From assembly GCA_030167865.1 (NCBI GenBank), contig JALAGF010002275.1:1-39354 (forward strand): a stretch of DNA of 39,354 nt. The letters are read 5' to 3'. Position numbers and translations under genes: made by a program. This stretch comes from Craspedostauros australis (taxonomy: Eukaryota). Below, in pieces: positions 9,268 through 22,204 of the stretch. The notes beneath the pieces were generated by a model that was not told where the DNA came from, made no database searches, and was given only the letters and a program-made list of their open reading frames with translations. How positions within the stretch are numbered: position 1 is the stretch's first letter; every line of letters begins with the position of its first letter.

Positions 9268-11286
9268 CTTGTTGTCATGCACGTACTACAACAAGTATTC
9301 TATGCAGCAGTAGTGCCCCTTGTCGCTCTGCTCTTACTCACCTCTCTCTCTCTCTCTGTGTGTTTGTGTTAGCGAGTGTTTCCTGCACTTTGCTTTCGCT
9401 TTCATCTCTTCAACAAACTCAACCCCCACCACACAACGCCAAGATGCGACTTGCCACACGAAATCATGTGCGCAGAAAGTTGCTTCCGACAAGCGCAGCA
9501 AGAAAGATTCCCAGCGCCACAAGCAACAAACAACGAGAACAACACGACACACGCGACCAACATGAATGAAAGTGTCGTATTCGATTTTTGGCGCGAAGTC
9601 AGATCATCCATTCACGAATTACCCTTAAATCACGAATATTCATAGACACAGCCACGGAACTGACAGCCATCATGCACAATCGATCATTACGCACCTAATA
9701 TTCGGACAGCCGCATAAAATTGACTGACTGAGGAACACGGAGAACACAAAAAGGTCCATTCAGTCCTTCCGGGAATCTCCCATCATGCGCAATCACAGCC
9801 AACCGGTGGGCAACCTTCGCCATTCCTCATGTTGGGTGTAAATGCGTCGCACTTGCGTTCTTTTTGTCACGACGAAAATGGACAGCATTCACTTTCGCTG
9901 GTGTTCTTCTGACCGTTTTGATTGGGCTGCGCGCACGAGGCGTATCTCATCGTCGTTTTGGCACAGCGGCAGACATCTATTTCCGTTTGCGTTGTTCTGC
10001 AAGCACAGCTATTCGCGCTGTTCTTGTTAACGTTCATCGAATGACCTGATGGAGTACATGGAATACTCCGGATTCTCACAAAAGAACGAGTCGACTGCGC
10101 CACGGCGGCTCTCCGTGGAACACGTCTCTGCGTGTTGGGGCATACTAGATGTTGTTCCAACGTCGGTTCGGTGATGTGCTGCAATTTGTTGTTGGGTCTG
10201 TTTGTGAAGGATTGTTGCTCGTGATTTTGTTGGTGTGATGAATTGCCGGCGAATAGCAGTTCACCTGGAAACCCCCAATCCCAGTTGGGTCAACCGGTGA
10301 CGAACGAACATGGCACAAGTGAGGCGGCTAAGTATAGCCTCATTCAGAAGCAAACCGGATGATCTCACTTATGGGCCCCCGTGTTCACAACAGCATCGGC
10401 TTCGCCGACGGCGACGTTGACGGTCATCGGCGTGTAAAACCACCCCATTCGAGCAAGTGAACGTTAAGTATTGTTTTCTTTCAGGTTGAAGGCGTATTCT
10501 TGGCTCGTGGTGACAAAATAACATTTTGGAATTGTGGCGCGGCGTTTCCTTCCGTGGCTTCAAAACAATTGCCTTGCGCGGCCACATCTCCGCTTTGTTC
10601 GAATGCGCCCCGTTCTTCGGTTCAACAATTTGTATCAGTATTCCCATTCACGTCATCCCATCACAAGGCGGTACCCGTGCCTCACGATTACACACATACT
10701 CGTTCGTACTTCCGCACCAACACGGAGAGCGGAGTTTTGCGCTTCGGATTGTTTTCACAACTCTTGTTCGCCAACCCGAAAAGGGGTTATTCATTGGCAT
10801 TCGTTGGCAATAGCGACACGCACAAACTGGTCCACAGTCGCATTGATTGTCCTCTCTTGTGACCATGCACCCACACAAACTTGCAACAAAGTGAGGAGAA
10901 CACAGGTGCAAACGAGATAACATTACACGCACAACAACCGTGATTTTTGTTCCATCCCCACCAACGTTGCCCTGAACCCATCATACTCAGCCGATCCTCG
11001 TTGGATAGAGGATCGCACCGCAAACGAATACACGTACGAGCTGGAGTCATACTTGCAGAAGGACAAACAACCGATCACAGTCTCATAAAATACATCCTCT
11101 CTCAGCAGTTGCCCCCAAACGCCTTCATCTCAAGTCCATCTCATTCTTCCTTCAATTTCTCTTCAGCAATCATCTCGAGACCCCAACACTGTCGTTGCTA
11201 TCACCGCCCACAGTCCGAGCTACACCACAACCACAACCACAACCAATCAGCCACTCCCAATCGCACAAGCAGTCAATTAGCTACAA

Positions 11287-11328
11287 CATACAGCATACAG
11301 CATACAGCATACAACATACAACACACAA
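11287..11328. repeat. Degenerate 7-bp tandem repeat (CATACAG/CATACAA) x6 just upstream of the HA-domain gene start
   Basis: Read directly: catacag catacag catacag catacaa catacaa cacacaa. Confidence 0.7.
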
Positions 11329-11339
11329 CATACTCAACA

Positions 11340-13124
11340 ATGACGAACGCCTTCCTTGATGCCTTTTCCCGATCGGCTCCCGTTTCTACTTCTGCAACAG
11401 CAACAGGCATAGCCGTGGCAAACGCAGAAGCATGCTCTGCTCCTTCCTTCTTCCGCTCTGCTCTCCAGGTTGGATTGATGCCAAACTTTGGCATGAGCAT
11501 GGGGCAGAGCATGGGGCAGAACATGGGGATGGGCGCCGCCACGACCACAGGGTACGAGCATGGTCCCAATAACAAGCATGGCGCTCAAGCCAACAGCACA
11601 AGCCAGACCACAAATCCCAATGCGGTCATGAATTCCGCTCAACAACGCTCTTTGGGTGACGTTCGACAGAACATCGACCGCATCCTCTTCAATCTCGCCT
11701 CCTCCTCCTCCTCCTCGTCGTCCACCTCGAGTCAGGTGCCCACCACCAGCAGCATTGTTGACGATGTGGGTGCCATCATCGATGACGACATCTTCTCGGT
11801 GGGCGACACGTCCGAAACAGCTGGCGAGCATGGCGAAGCTTACGGGCAGCTCCATGGCTTCACTTCGGCATGCGTGTCTCTCTCTTCGTCTCTCAATTCG
11901 GCTTCCGCATCGACTTTATCGTCCATGTCTTCCTTCTCCTCGTCGGTGGCCATGTCGGCACCATCGCAGGCATTCTCGGACAACGCCACCACTGGGGACA
12001 ATCTGCAAGCACCTCCTGACGTAATCGCATCCCACTACCAGCAGGATGCAACGATGAGCTTCGAACCATTGCCCATCGACACCAGCCGGGTCACCATCGT
12101 TCCCAAGCTGAAGTCAACGGCCGTCTTCCAGGACAACTCCCTGATGGATTTCTTCGATCTCCTTCGAACGAACGGACTTGAGACAGCATCGACCACACAA
12201 AGCAGCGGTGACGACAAGATCAACACCGACAGCTCCAGCAGCATCAAGCAAGTCGAAGAACCAAGGCAGAAGAGACGAAAGACTGCCGACCTGTCGGCTT
12301 TTGCAAACGCGCAGTTCGACTTCCAGCTTGGATCGCGGGGTGTCGTCTTCGCCCAGCAGCCGCTCGCCCATGTGTTGAAGGAGGCAACAGCAACTGTATC
12401 AGCGCAAGAAAAGGAAGATGCCAAAGCATCGACGAACCCATCCAGCTCATCCAACCCGTCGAAACAGACACTTTCACCAACAAGGGCACCATTGGCAACC
12501 ACCAGCCAGCAGAACAAGAAAAGTAGCAAGGGCTCTCGCAGAACTCCGCCCGCATCAGCATCAGCCACCGCTAAAACCCAGAAGAGTGGCAAACCGGCAG
12601 CCAAAAAGGAACTCAAACGCAAGCGGTCAACAAATGGCTCGCTGGGATCCACCAAGATCCGTTGCTACCAGGAGCTCCAGTGGGAGCAACGCTTCACAGA
12701 GCTCACCGAGTACAAGAACGAGTTCGGGCATTGCTGCGTGCCGTACGGTTACCCACAGAACCGCGTCCTCGCGCAATGGGTGAAGCGACAGCGGTACCAG
12801 CTTCGGTTGAGGTTGGAAGGGAGGCATTCCACCATGACGATGCAGCGGCAGCAGAAGCTTGACGACGTCGGCTTTTGCTGGGATTCGCATGCCGCACAGT
12901 GGGAAGAGCGCTTCCAGGAACTGCTGTCGTTCAAGGCCGAGCACGGTCATTGCCTGGTTCCTGTCCGGTACAGCACAAACCAGCAACTCGCTATCTGGGT
13001 CAAGTGCCAGCGCCGGCAGTACAAGCTGCTCAAGGATGGTAAGCCATCCAACATCACCGACAAGCGCATCACAAGGCTCAACCAGATGGGGTTTGTCTGG
13101 AGCCCAAGAGGCGGCACAAACTAG
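11340..13124 (+). CDS. Helicase-associated (HA) domain protein, ~594 aa, with two C-terminal HA repeats and no helicase core
   Basis: Two typical HA repeats: WEQRFTELTEYKNEFGHCCVP...LAQWVKRQR...LDDVGFCW and WEERFQELLSFKAEHGHCLVP...LAIWVKCQR...LNQMGFVW. Ser-rich low-complexity N-terminus and NLS-like motifs (RQKRRK, LKRKR). First ATG at 11340, after a CA-rich leader. Confidence 0.9.
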   Translation: MTNAFLDAFSRSAPVSTSATATGIAVANAEACSAPSFFRSALQVGLMPNFGMSMGQSMGQNMGMGAATTTGYEHGPNNKHGAQANSTSQTTNPNAVMNSAQQRSLGDVRQNIDRILFNLASSSSSSSSTSSQVPTTSSIVDDVGAIIDDDIFSVGDTSETAGEHGEAYGQLHGFTSACVSLSSSLNSASASTLSSMSSFSSSVAMSAPSQAFSDNATTGDNLQAPPDVIASHYQQDATMSFEPLPIDTSRVTIVPKLKSTAVFQDNSLMDFFDLLRTNGLETASTTQSSGDDKINTDSSSSIKQVEEPRQKRRKTADLSAFANAQFDFQLGSRGVVFAQQPLAHVLKEATATVSAQEKEDAKASTNPSSSSNPSKQTLSPTRAPLATTSQQNKKSSKGSRRTPPASASATAKTQKSGKPAAKKELKRKRSTNGSLGSTKIRCYQELQWEQRFTELTEYKNEFGHCCVPYGYPQNRVLAQWVKRQRYQLRLRLEGRHSTMTMQRQQKLDDVGFCWDSHAAQWEERFQELLSFKAEHGHCLVPVRYSTNQQLAIWVKCQRRQYKLLKDGKPSNITDKRITRLNQMGFVWSPRGGTN

Positions 13125-14134
13125 AATAGACACATATTTTTCTCTAGAGACAAGCATTCTACCATGCCATACCATACTGCGCATACCTCTCTACACGCAG
13201 GTAACATTGCCCAGAGCTATTAGTGCGTCGCCTTACCATTCATAGCTCCTAGTACGCTGGCACTCACAAACACACGGATACAAATCAATCGCCTGTGGAG
13301 CGGAGCAGAGCAACCTCCCTACCCACCTGCACGCGCAATGGCTGCACCAGAGAGTACGAGGATGTGTGTTACTTTGTGTGTCCTGGTTGCTGAGCACATG
13401 TGCTGCCGCCCTTTGCTCCACATCACCATGACGAGAATGCCCTTGCAGAAATGGAGCGTTTTCGCATCTCTTGTTTTGATCTTATTCTTTCGCGCTCATG
13501 TCTGTGTTCCTCATCTTGCTGCATTTTGTGGCTGCAGTGGGTTGTCCATCCGCGCACTGTGCGATCTACTCGTCCCGCGCCCTGCCATCATCGTGATCCT
13601 TCTCATCGTTCTTCGTGAGAAAGGTGCGATTCGCTACACGTACAAGACCACTGCCACTGCGGCACCCACCGCTGCCGCGAATGCCACAAGAACAAACGAG
13701 AGGCGGAGCGAGATGCCAACTTGTAGCCGTATGGCATTTCGTACCTGTGGCTTTCTCTATTGCTTTGGTTTGCGTTGCTTTGCATTATGCTTGTGCTTGT
13801 GCTTGTACGCGTCACTTAGTCTTAGAGAGTAGAATAGGAGTATCGGCGTGGCAGAGTTCTCCTCTGCGGATTTCTCTTCCCTTGTTGTCATGTACCTGTG
13901 AATGTATCCGTATCCTCTCTCCACAGCGCACGAAGGTATCAAAGTCCGCGCCGGGATAGTTTATCAATGTTCGCGCAGGCGGAAGAAATGGTCGGCAAGA
14001 CTCCGTCGGAGAACATGCAACCATCGATGCCGAAGCTGACGCACAAGGGCATCACCGACAGCGATCATTGCGGAATCGTATCGGTGGGTCATACCGACGC
14101 ACCACCCCACCTCGGGGCGGCGCAGAGCTCAGAT

Positions 14135-14159
14135 CAACCCAACCCAACCCAACCCAACC
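14135..14159. repeat. Microsatellite (CAACC)5
   Basis: Read directly. Confidence 0.8.
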
Positions 14160-14221
14160 TGCATCCCATCTCGAGTAAACCGCGACCCGATACAGATGGC
14201 TGCGTGCATCCCTCTGGTCAT

Positions 14222-17200
14222 TCAATGGCCGTCGTGGAATGCAACGATCTTGTCGATGCACTTATTCAGCTCTTTGCCATCCCTTTCGCCCTGAAAGGAC
14301 GATACTGCGAGGGCAACAGAATGGCCCAGTTTGTATTGTCGGTGATTGTCCTCGATCCATTGCATGACATCCTGTTCGCGATGGAATGCAGCAGAGCATT
14401 TGATGGATGCAGAGTAATTCGGGTTCGTAGCTCGTAGTAGTACGTGTATCACACCAGTGAGGCATGCGCAACCAAAGCAGCGGCAGCACATCCAAAGCAA
14501 CATTGCGATGATACAACACAGAGAGAACGGTAGCAAGAAGTGTCAGCCAAGAGCGTGTCTTTTACCACACGTTTCGATTGCGCATGACCACGCCGATGTC
14601 AATGAGTACCGCCATGATCCAATCCCACTTCTTCATCTGCTTCTGCCTCTGCCTCTCCCTCAGACAAAGACAAGTTGTTGCGCGCCGCGTCTCACAATCG
14701 CTCCCCAACGAGAAAGCCAAACATCAAACACCAGACAGACGTACCTCGCGAGGAAGATAATGGACCTTGATGTACGTGTCGACGTAGGCAGCACCGTGAC
14801 TGCTACCGTGCGATGCAAAAGACGACGACGGCATCGCCGAGCCCGGGTGCTGGTCTGGCTCAGTTGCTGCGGGCGTGCCTGATGGAAGTTCCGGAGGCAT
14901 GCGGAGACAAGGGATGCCGTAGTTCTCCTCCAGGCGAGCCGCGACAGCGTTTGCCGATGTGCCAGATCTCAAGCACGCGACGTCCATGCTCATGAGAGAC
15001 CGGCCTTCCGTCGAGCAGTATCGCAACCTCGAAAAGCCTTCCAAGAGGATCAAGTGGGCTGCGTCCAGCAACGACTCCCAGCTGTAATCAATGGCCTTGG
15101 CACCGAGTCGATTGCCAGAGCTCAGCGTGTACCAAATGCATGCGCAGAATTCGCACAGATTGTCGACGTAATCGTTTGCATGTTCGTGCAGCACCTGCTG
15201 GCCCCATGTCGGGCTCATCGTGATGATCTGCTTTGTCCGAGTATATGCGACGGAGCAATGGTGTGGGTATGGTATTATAGATCGTACAATACATCAGCAT
15301 GTACGAGTGTGATCAATTTATAAATCAGACATGCGGTTGTGTGAATAGTTCGAGGTGTGAGCATGCGTACATACATACATACTCGTACGTACGTTAACAA
15401 CGCCAAAACGCCGTGAAACACACGTCCACACATGGACCAGCCAACAACCAACAAGGTTACGTTGCTGCGCATCAACCGAAGCAACAACACAAAAGAGCTT
15501 ACCTCTTGCAGTATCGATTTCGCATTCAATGCTCTGACTGCGCTCATGCGATTCGCAACTGCCAGGAGTTCCGGAGCCACGCGCGCAACCTCATCGGCGT
15601 ACGTTTCGAGCTTCTTCAAGTCTCGCGCGATGCTCGCCGTGTCAGTCTCGCCGTTCGCATCATCCGTGTTGCTCCGCTCAGCATCTGCACTTGTGCCGTC
15701 TCCGTTTCCGTCCCCATCGCTATCGCCATTGCCACCACGGCGATCGATAACAAAGTATGCCCGGCCATTTGAGCTCATTGCGGATGTAAGCGAGATGATC
15801 TTGACCACGAAGACGCAGCTCCATGCCGCCGCAATTCTCTTTTCAAGCACACGGGCCACTTCGCTCGCGTACTCTAGAACCATGTCCGTTGACGAGGAAG
15901 ACTTCGGATCGATGTCGGGCACCCACTGATCAACCAAATCAAGCTTCACCACATCCACGAGCCTCCTTTGCGCGTCGAGGATGAAATCTCGCAATCGCTC
16001 TCGGTCCATCTTCTCGTTTTTGAAAGGAGAGCAAATCTCGGCATCGATCTGTGCTGAAATTGTTGTCGGCGCCCCGCCTCCTGAAGATGCCGCTTTGGAT
16101 GAATTCCTTGACTGTCCGTTCGCATCGCCCACGCCGCCAGACGCAGCGCCATGCTTGGACTTGCTGACAGACCTCCGTCGGAAGCTCAGCAGGGGAGAGC
16201 TGGGACGTTTCGGTGGACGTGGTGGGACGGATGCGGTAGACAATGCCGTGGCCCTTCCAGGATCGTCGATGCCCAGCAAAATTCGCTCATTCTTGGCGCT
16301 TCCCGAACAGAGACGGAACACCGTTGTGAGGTAAAGATCGTTGATGTTGCTGAGCGCACGGACAGCGTCATCGGCAACGGATGGAATGCGGTGCAGAACC
16401 TGGAGGAGTCTCCAGGACCAGGACAGGAGGCCATTGCGAATGGAATCTGGGATCAGCGGCGCGCTTTCCAGGTTCTCCACGTCGCAATAAAGCTTCAGCA
16501 ACGAGACGCGGCCGTCGAAGGATGATGAATCACCAATGAAATCGGCGAGGCTTGGAGCGGTGGCACCGTTTCCTGCTGGTTGCTCAGTCTGCCCCGGCAT
16601 CGCCGTTGCTACCTTCGCATCCTTCTCATCAGCATCGTTACCAATGCGACTATCGTTTGATGTGATTTCCAACAAGAATGGATTTGTCTTCATCACCACA
16701 TTCGATTTCATGGTTGTTCTCACTGCCTCTTCCGCTGCTGCTGTTGCTGCTGCTACCGTTGCCACCATTGGCATTCCGAGTGGATCATTCCTGCGTGCGC
16801 CATGTTTGTGAAATGACATACCTTCAACCGGCCGTTGCAGTCGATTCACAAAGGCTTGGTCGGTAGGAAATGTAGCGGTAGAGCGAGATCCCAACGGTTT
16901 ACGCGAGTCCCATGATGCCGCGCCCGCAGCGAAACCGTCGTCGTTGTTCGCCACCGGTAAGGGCGACAGCGCCCACGTTTCCTTCCACAGCATGACGCCG
17001 ACCGTATTCATCGCTTCCACATGCACAGACCGGATGTGCTGCTTCTGCAATGTCGACACCTTCGCCCAGATACTCTCTTGTATCGCGGCAGGGCCCGATA
17101 GTGGCATATCTTGTGTGGACGATGAGCTCGATTCGCTGTCTTCCGGCTTACATCCGAAGTGCAGGTAGTCATCCTGCAACAAAATGTACAACCTCGTCAG

Positions 17201-20200
17201 CTGCTCAATATCCTCCAGTGCGACAAGGTCATTTTGCCACACGTCATCGATCACCACTCTCTGTCCGTTCTCCGCTTCCCTCTTGTCGAAGAGGATCTTT
17301 CTCGGTGCGAAGCGAAGATGCTCCTCAAGGCAGGTGTCCATCACCTTGAGGGTGTGATTCCAAACGCTCATGCGGTGACTTCCAATCTGCTTCAAGCATT
17401 GGGCTGAGATCCCCTTGAATGTGACTTGACTCGCCCCAATCTCGCTGCTTGACAATGGCGTTGCTGCATCCACTGTCACTGCTACTACCGCCGCCAACTT
17501 TGATTCTTCTTGATCGTCCATGTGACGATGGGCACCATCCCCGCTGTTGTTGGCACCGTCGTTCACGGTATCGCCATCGCCATCGTCGCAATCGGACATG
17601 ACACTTTGCTGATGCCAGGCGAGGATCATGCAGTGGGCGCGGATAATATTGGTCAACAGAAACAGCAGTCGGTGCCACACGCCGGCGATGTGATGCTTCG
17701 TGGTTCCTTCCAGGTCGAAGCGTATGGTGATGAGATTGTACAGAATGGTTTGCATGGCAGCAGAGTTTCCCCAGTGCTGCTGCAGCTCTGTGTTCAGAAT
17801 ACCGAGCTCCTTTTCAAAGTCAGGTAGGGCGTTGTCGGGCAAATCTGTCGAACTGGATGAGCCCATGCTGCCCCCACCATCGTTTCCACCGAGCTTGCCG
17901 TCGGATGCTGCATCGCAGCGCTCGCGATAGCTGTCATCCCGAGCGCGTCCTTGAACGTCTTCATTCCCTGCCTTTGACTCATCCGATGCATCTGCGGTCA
18001 ACGTGGATGGGTCCAATAAAGCAAACGCGAATGCTCGGTCAACTTCCACAAGCAATGCCGTTTGGATGCTGGTGGCCCAATGCCGCACCATGATAGATAC
18101 ATCATCCGGCGAGTTGCATCCCTCGCATTCGCAGAGGAGTTTGAATACCTGCATCAATGTTTCGTATTCGTAACCATTGAAGGCGGACCGATCGGCGCCC
18201 GTGGTGGATGCCACGTCGCAAGCCCGGACGATGTTGGATTCGAGCAGTATGCATATCCTAGTGAAGAACGTCGACGCGAGAATCGTGCCGCATCGCTCAC
18301 GAGATGCTTGCAGGCATTCCAACCGACCCAGTGAGGAATCTGAAGAATGAACGGCATTCCTCCATCGCATGGCCAGGTTGATGATTTCACGGGCGGATCC
18401 AAGCACCGTGCTGCGTGTCACATTGCGAACGGTGAATCGTTCGATGCGACGATCTAGCTCGATTTCCAGATCAAAAATCTCCCGTAGCTCTGCGAGAATG
18501 CTGGACAGATCTTGGTACGAGGACTGCTGATCCCAAGCATTGAGCAAGTCTAATCCACCGAGCAATCCGCTCCCGTCGGCCTCATCACCTCGTGCCAAGC
18601 GAATGGACTCCTTCGAACGCTCCACGTATACCTGCGACAGCTTGGTGCACTTCATGAGGTCGTGCGTTGTGATGTTCGCATGATGCAGCGTGTCCACGTG
18701 CGGTTGGATGGTGTTCAACAATCCGATCTGGATCGTTTTGAGAGACTCGTCCAAATTGCACAGCCTCGACGTGATCTGCTCATGAACCAGCGGGATGTTC
18801 GATTCCAAATCCGCAAAGTCAGCCGTGCTGATGACGGATGCATTCCCGCTTCTCGGGCTGGTTTGAGGGCTTATGCCTCTATTTCCTGCCACACGATCGC
18901 CATCAGCCTCAGCTGCATCGCCAGCGTCAAAATTGGCGATCATTGGAGCATAGAGCAGATGGGGAGACTGCCAAAACGGGATCCATTCCCACGCGATGCT
19001 CTTCAGGGTTGCGACGGTATCATCGAAGTCCTCGTCGTTGAAGTATCGCTTGGGCACATCGACGATCTGCTCAATTTCATCCGTGTAGCTGAACCCAGCC
19101 GGTCTATGCGCGTGCCCAGTCCGAGGGTCGGGACCATCAAGTCGCCGTCGTGCTTGCGATAGTGAATTGGATGCAGCCATGTCGTCCATTCCCGCGACGG
19201 GAACCGTGGCGGATGATTGGCGACGCAGCTGGAAACGTCCTTCCGGACTATCGAAGTTTGCAGTGGAGGAAAGGACGGGAGGCATCGAAGTTGAAAACGA
19301 CATCGGCCGCCGGAGTTGGGAGGGCGTGGTCAGCGTGCGTTCTGGGGAAGGCATGGCTCTCGCTGTCATGAGCATTATTCCTGGTCCCGAATTGGAATCA
19401 ATGTCGTGTTGGCCCTTTCTATTCTTCCTGGATTTAGATACCACGCGGATTGTGCTTGGAATCTTGATCCCGTCCTTGTTATCGTCGTGTAGCTTCGAGG
19501 TGAGCTTCGGTAGGGACTTCGATCCCAGGCCTGTGCCAAGGCCAGTGCTGCTGTGGAGATCATGGGTCTGCTCTTCGTCCGCGGTCGGATGCCATGAATC
19601 GACCACGGAAGGATCGGCTCGCGAGGAGTGCTGAGATGATGGAACCGCGGCATGCTTGGTTGGAGATTGAGGTCGGTGAGTTGATTCGTTGATCTCCGCG
19701 TTGGATTCTCCAACCTCTTCCGCGTCGATCTCCGTTTCCGTTCTTTCAGATGTTTCCTGCTCTGTGAATTCGATTCGATTCTTTCGGAGGGGAGAGTCGA
19801 TGGCATCCGAACGACTGAACGATGCCGCGTGATACGTGTCATGGTGGATTGCAGCGACACCAGCTGGTGTTGATTCTTCCTTCTTCTCCTCGAAGGCTTC
19901 GTGTGACTCGTCTTCTCGATGGCTGTATTGATCGTGCACAGGGGACATGGTATCATGCTGTCGTTCTTGCTGCTGCTGCTGCTGCTGCTGTTTTGCTTGC
20001 TTCGATGAACCATCATCACTGGGTGCTTCCAGCGGCGTCTCCTGTTGTGCTACCTGCACCTCTTGCGTTCCCGATGCGCTGATCATGCCATCAAAATTTG
20101 CCCAATCAACAGAGGCATCATCATTTGGCTGTTCACCGGGAGCGTCATTGGCTGCATTGACTTCAATTCCAACTTCAGCCACCCGCGCAGTCTGTCCATC

Positions 20201-21631
20201 CGATTTCGGAGGTGTGAGATTTCCATCTTGATCGTTGTCTTGCGTGTTGGGAAGCGGAGGCAGCTCCACGATTGTTGGCCCAGTTGAGAACTGAGGTGGT
20301 ACTCTTGCTGCTACTGCTGCCGTTGTTGATGTCTGTACCTGCGTGCCGATGCTAGCATCCGTTGCGGTGCCTTGGAATGTCGAGAAAGTGAGGAGCGATA
20401 CGTCTGTGGAGGAGGGTGCATCAAAGCCATCCGCGAACTGGTACTCTTGCTGACCGATAAGACCGGCCTGGAGACGCAGCTGCTCCTCCAACACCTCCCA
20501 GGAAGAGTTGTGGGTTGGAGAGGTTCCATCGAGTTCCTGCAAGAGCTCCTCCGTCCGTCTTGCCTGCTGCTCCCACTCTGCCGGGTGCCCGTCGAGTATC
20601 CAGTCATGCAGCGTGGGCGGTTGGATGGATCCCATGATGGTGGCGCTGTGCAGCTGTGCGATCTCCGACTTGGAAAGCTGCTGCGAGATGGGTGTTGCAG
20701 GCAGCAGAGGCGCTGCATCCGCGACGCGGGCATTGCCATCGTGGGACACGCGGGGATCTGAATACGAATACATCTGATAACACTCGGGTCTCGAAAAGGA
20801 GATCAACGCGTCATCAACGTTCAAGTACGTTGGGCAGTCGGAGCCGTCATCAGGCTGCTGCTCTTGATCCATGCCTAAGGCTCCGGCCGAAGGTAAAATC
20901 GATTGCCTTCCACCTTCGGAGTTAGATTCTGCGCCATCGCTGCTTCCAAGCCTCTTCGCGCCAACCTGATCCATTTGATTGCGATTCTGGTCACTGGTGC
21001 CATGGCGAACATTTGCTCCAACTCTCACTCCAGCTCCTGCTTGATTTGTTGGGTCCGTGGCGAGAATGGCAGTATTTGCTAGGCCATCCACCGAGATGAA
21101 TTTAGATGAATCGCTGCTGCCAGCATTCTCTGCTTTGCGTTTTGGCGTTGGCGGATGATTGTTGAATCGTCCAAACTTGAATCTCAACGCCGTTGGTGGA
21201 TGCGTATTGTCAGTGTCAGTGTCAGTCACAGTTGCCTTCGTTTGCGACCGCTCAGCCGCGTTCGGTTGACCGATTGCAGCAGATGCGACGGCCGCCTGCT
21301 TGTGCTGCGGTTGCGACTTCGTTTCAAAGATGGCATCGTGTGACGCAGATGTTGCCGCCAGGACGGATTGCTTGAGCGAGACATAGAGTCGTCGCGTGCG
21401 CTGCCTCGTCTTCGACAGGACGTCGTCTCTCTTGTGGGTGGATCCTGGAGTCGCGCGAGGTTGGGATCGCAACGGAGTGGACAGCGGTGTCCGAGTGGGC
21501 GTCTGAGCAGCAGCAGCAGCAGCAGACCTTGCGGATGGCCCACCTTCTGCCGGGACACTCGATCTCGTTGGGGTTCGAAAGAGGGAGCCGCTCCGCTTGT
21601 CACCGCCGCCGTGGCTGCCGATTCCGCTCAT
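14222..21631 (-). CDS. VPS50: Syndetin/VPS50 (EARP complex subunit)-like protein, ~2253 aa; exons 21631-15503, 15227-14745, 14371-14222
   Basis: Exons 2-3 encode the syndetin C-terminal signature (HANDYVDNL...LLEGFSRLRYCSTEGRSLMSMD...YVDTYIKVHYLPRE|DVMQWIEDNHRQY). This resembles the [20 protein letters not shown]...VETYIKAYYL motif I recall for animal VPS50. Both introns are GT...AG and phase 0 (GAG|gtaagc...aagcag|ATC; GAG|gtacgt...gaacag|GAT). Additional in-frame introns in the 6.1-kb first exon cannot be excluded. Confidence 0.85.
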
Positions 21632-22204
21632 TCTTCGTATTGCCCTGCCCTACGTTGCCCTGCCTCGTTGGGATGTATCGGATGCCAGTGTATGGCCACG
21701 TACGTATTATATGATGCTATTCTACTATACTAATACTTCCTTGAACAATGTGAGGTGCCAATCAAGAGGGGGTGGACTATTAGCAACCATGAAGTACCTA
21801 CCTGCGACTACTATGGTCAAGTGGGTTGGATGCACCACACCTGCTCATCCTCCCAGAACGTGCCCGTCCAGCACGGGATGAATGTTCGTCTTCTGCCTCC
21901 ACGATTTTCGTCGTTGGTTGTGATGTTCGGGGCGCATGTGTCCACGTTGTTGTTGTTTCCGTTGATCTTTGTCGAAAAGTGAAGATTAGTCGCATGAATC
22001 AAAAATCGTCTTGTCGACTCGTATGAATAAATATCCACGAATAAAACTGTGATACCCAATTCACCAATCACATCGCGAGGCGCCAAAAGTCATTCTCGGT
22101 GGCTTGTGGTCCATGCTTGCGCAATCCATCACCGTCGATACCATCCATCGACACCATCCGTGGCATCTCTGCTCCGCGAGAGAGCCCACCCCCTGCTTCT
22201 GCCC

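Noticed and set aside
10240-10400. Small hairpins (GAATTGC/GCAGTTC, TGAGGC/GCCTCA) suggesting a structured ncRNA
   Set aside because: No snRNA, snoRNA, SRP, RNase P/MRP or TPP riboswitch consensus recognised; stems this short occur by chance.
10947-11339. N-terminal extension of the HA ORF given by the ORF track
   Set aside because: Starts at a non-ATG codon and runs through CA-rich repeats typical of a 5' UTR.
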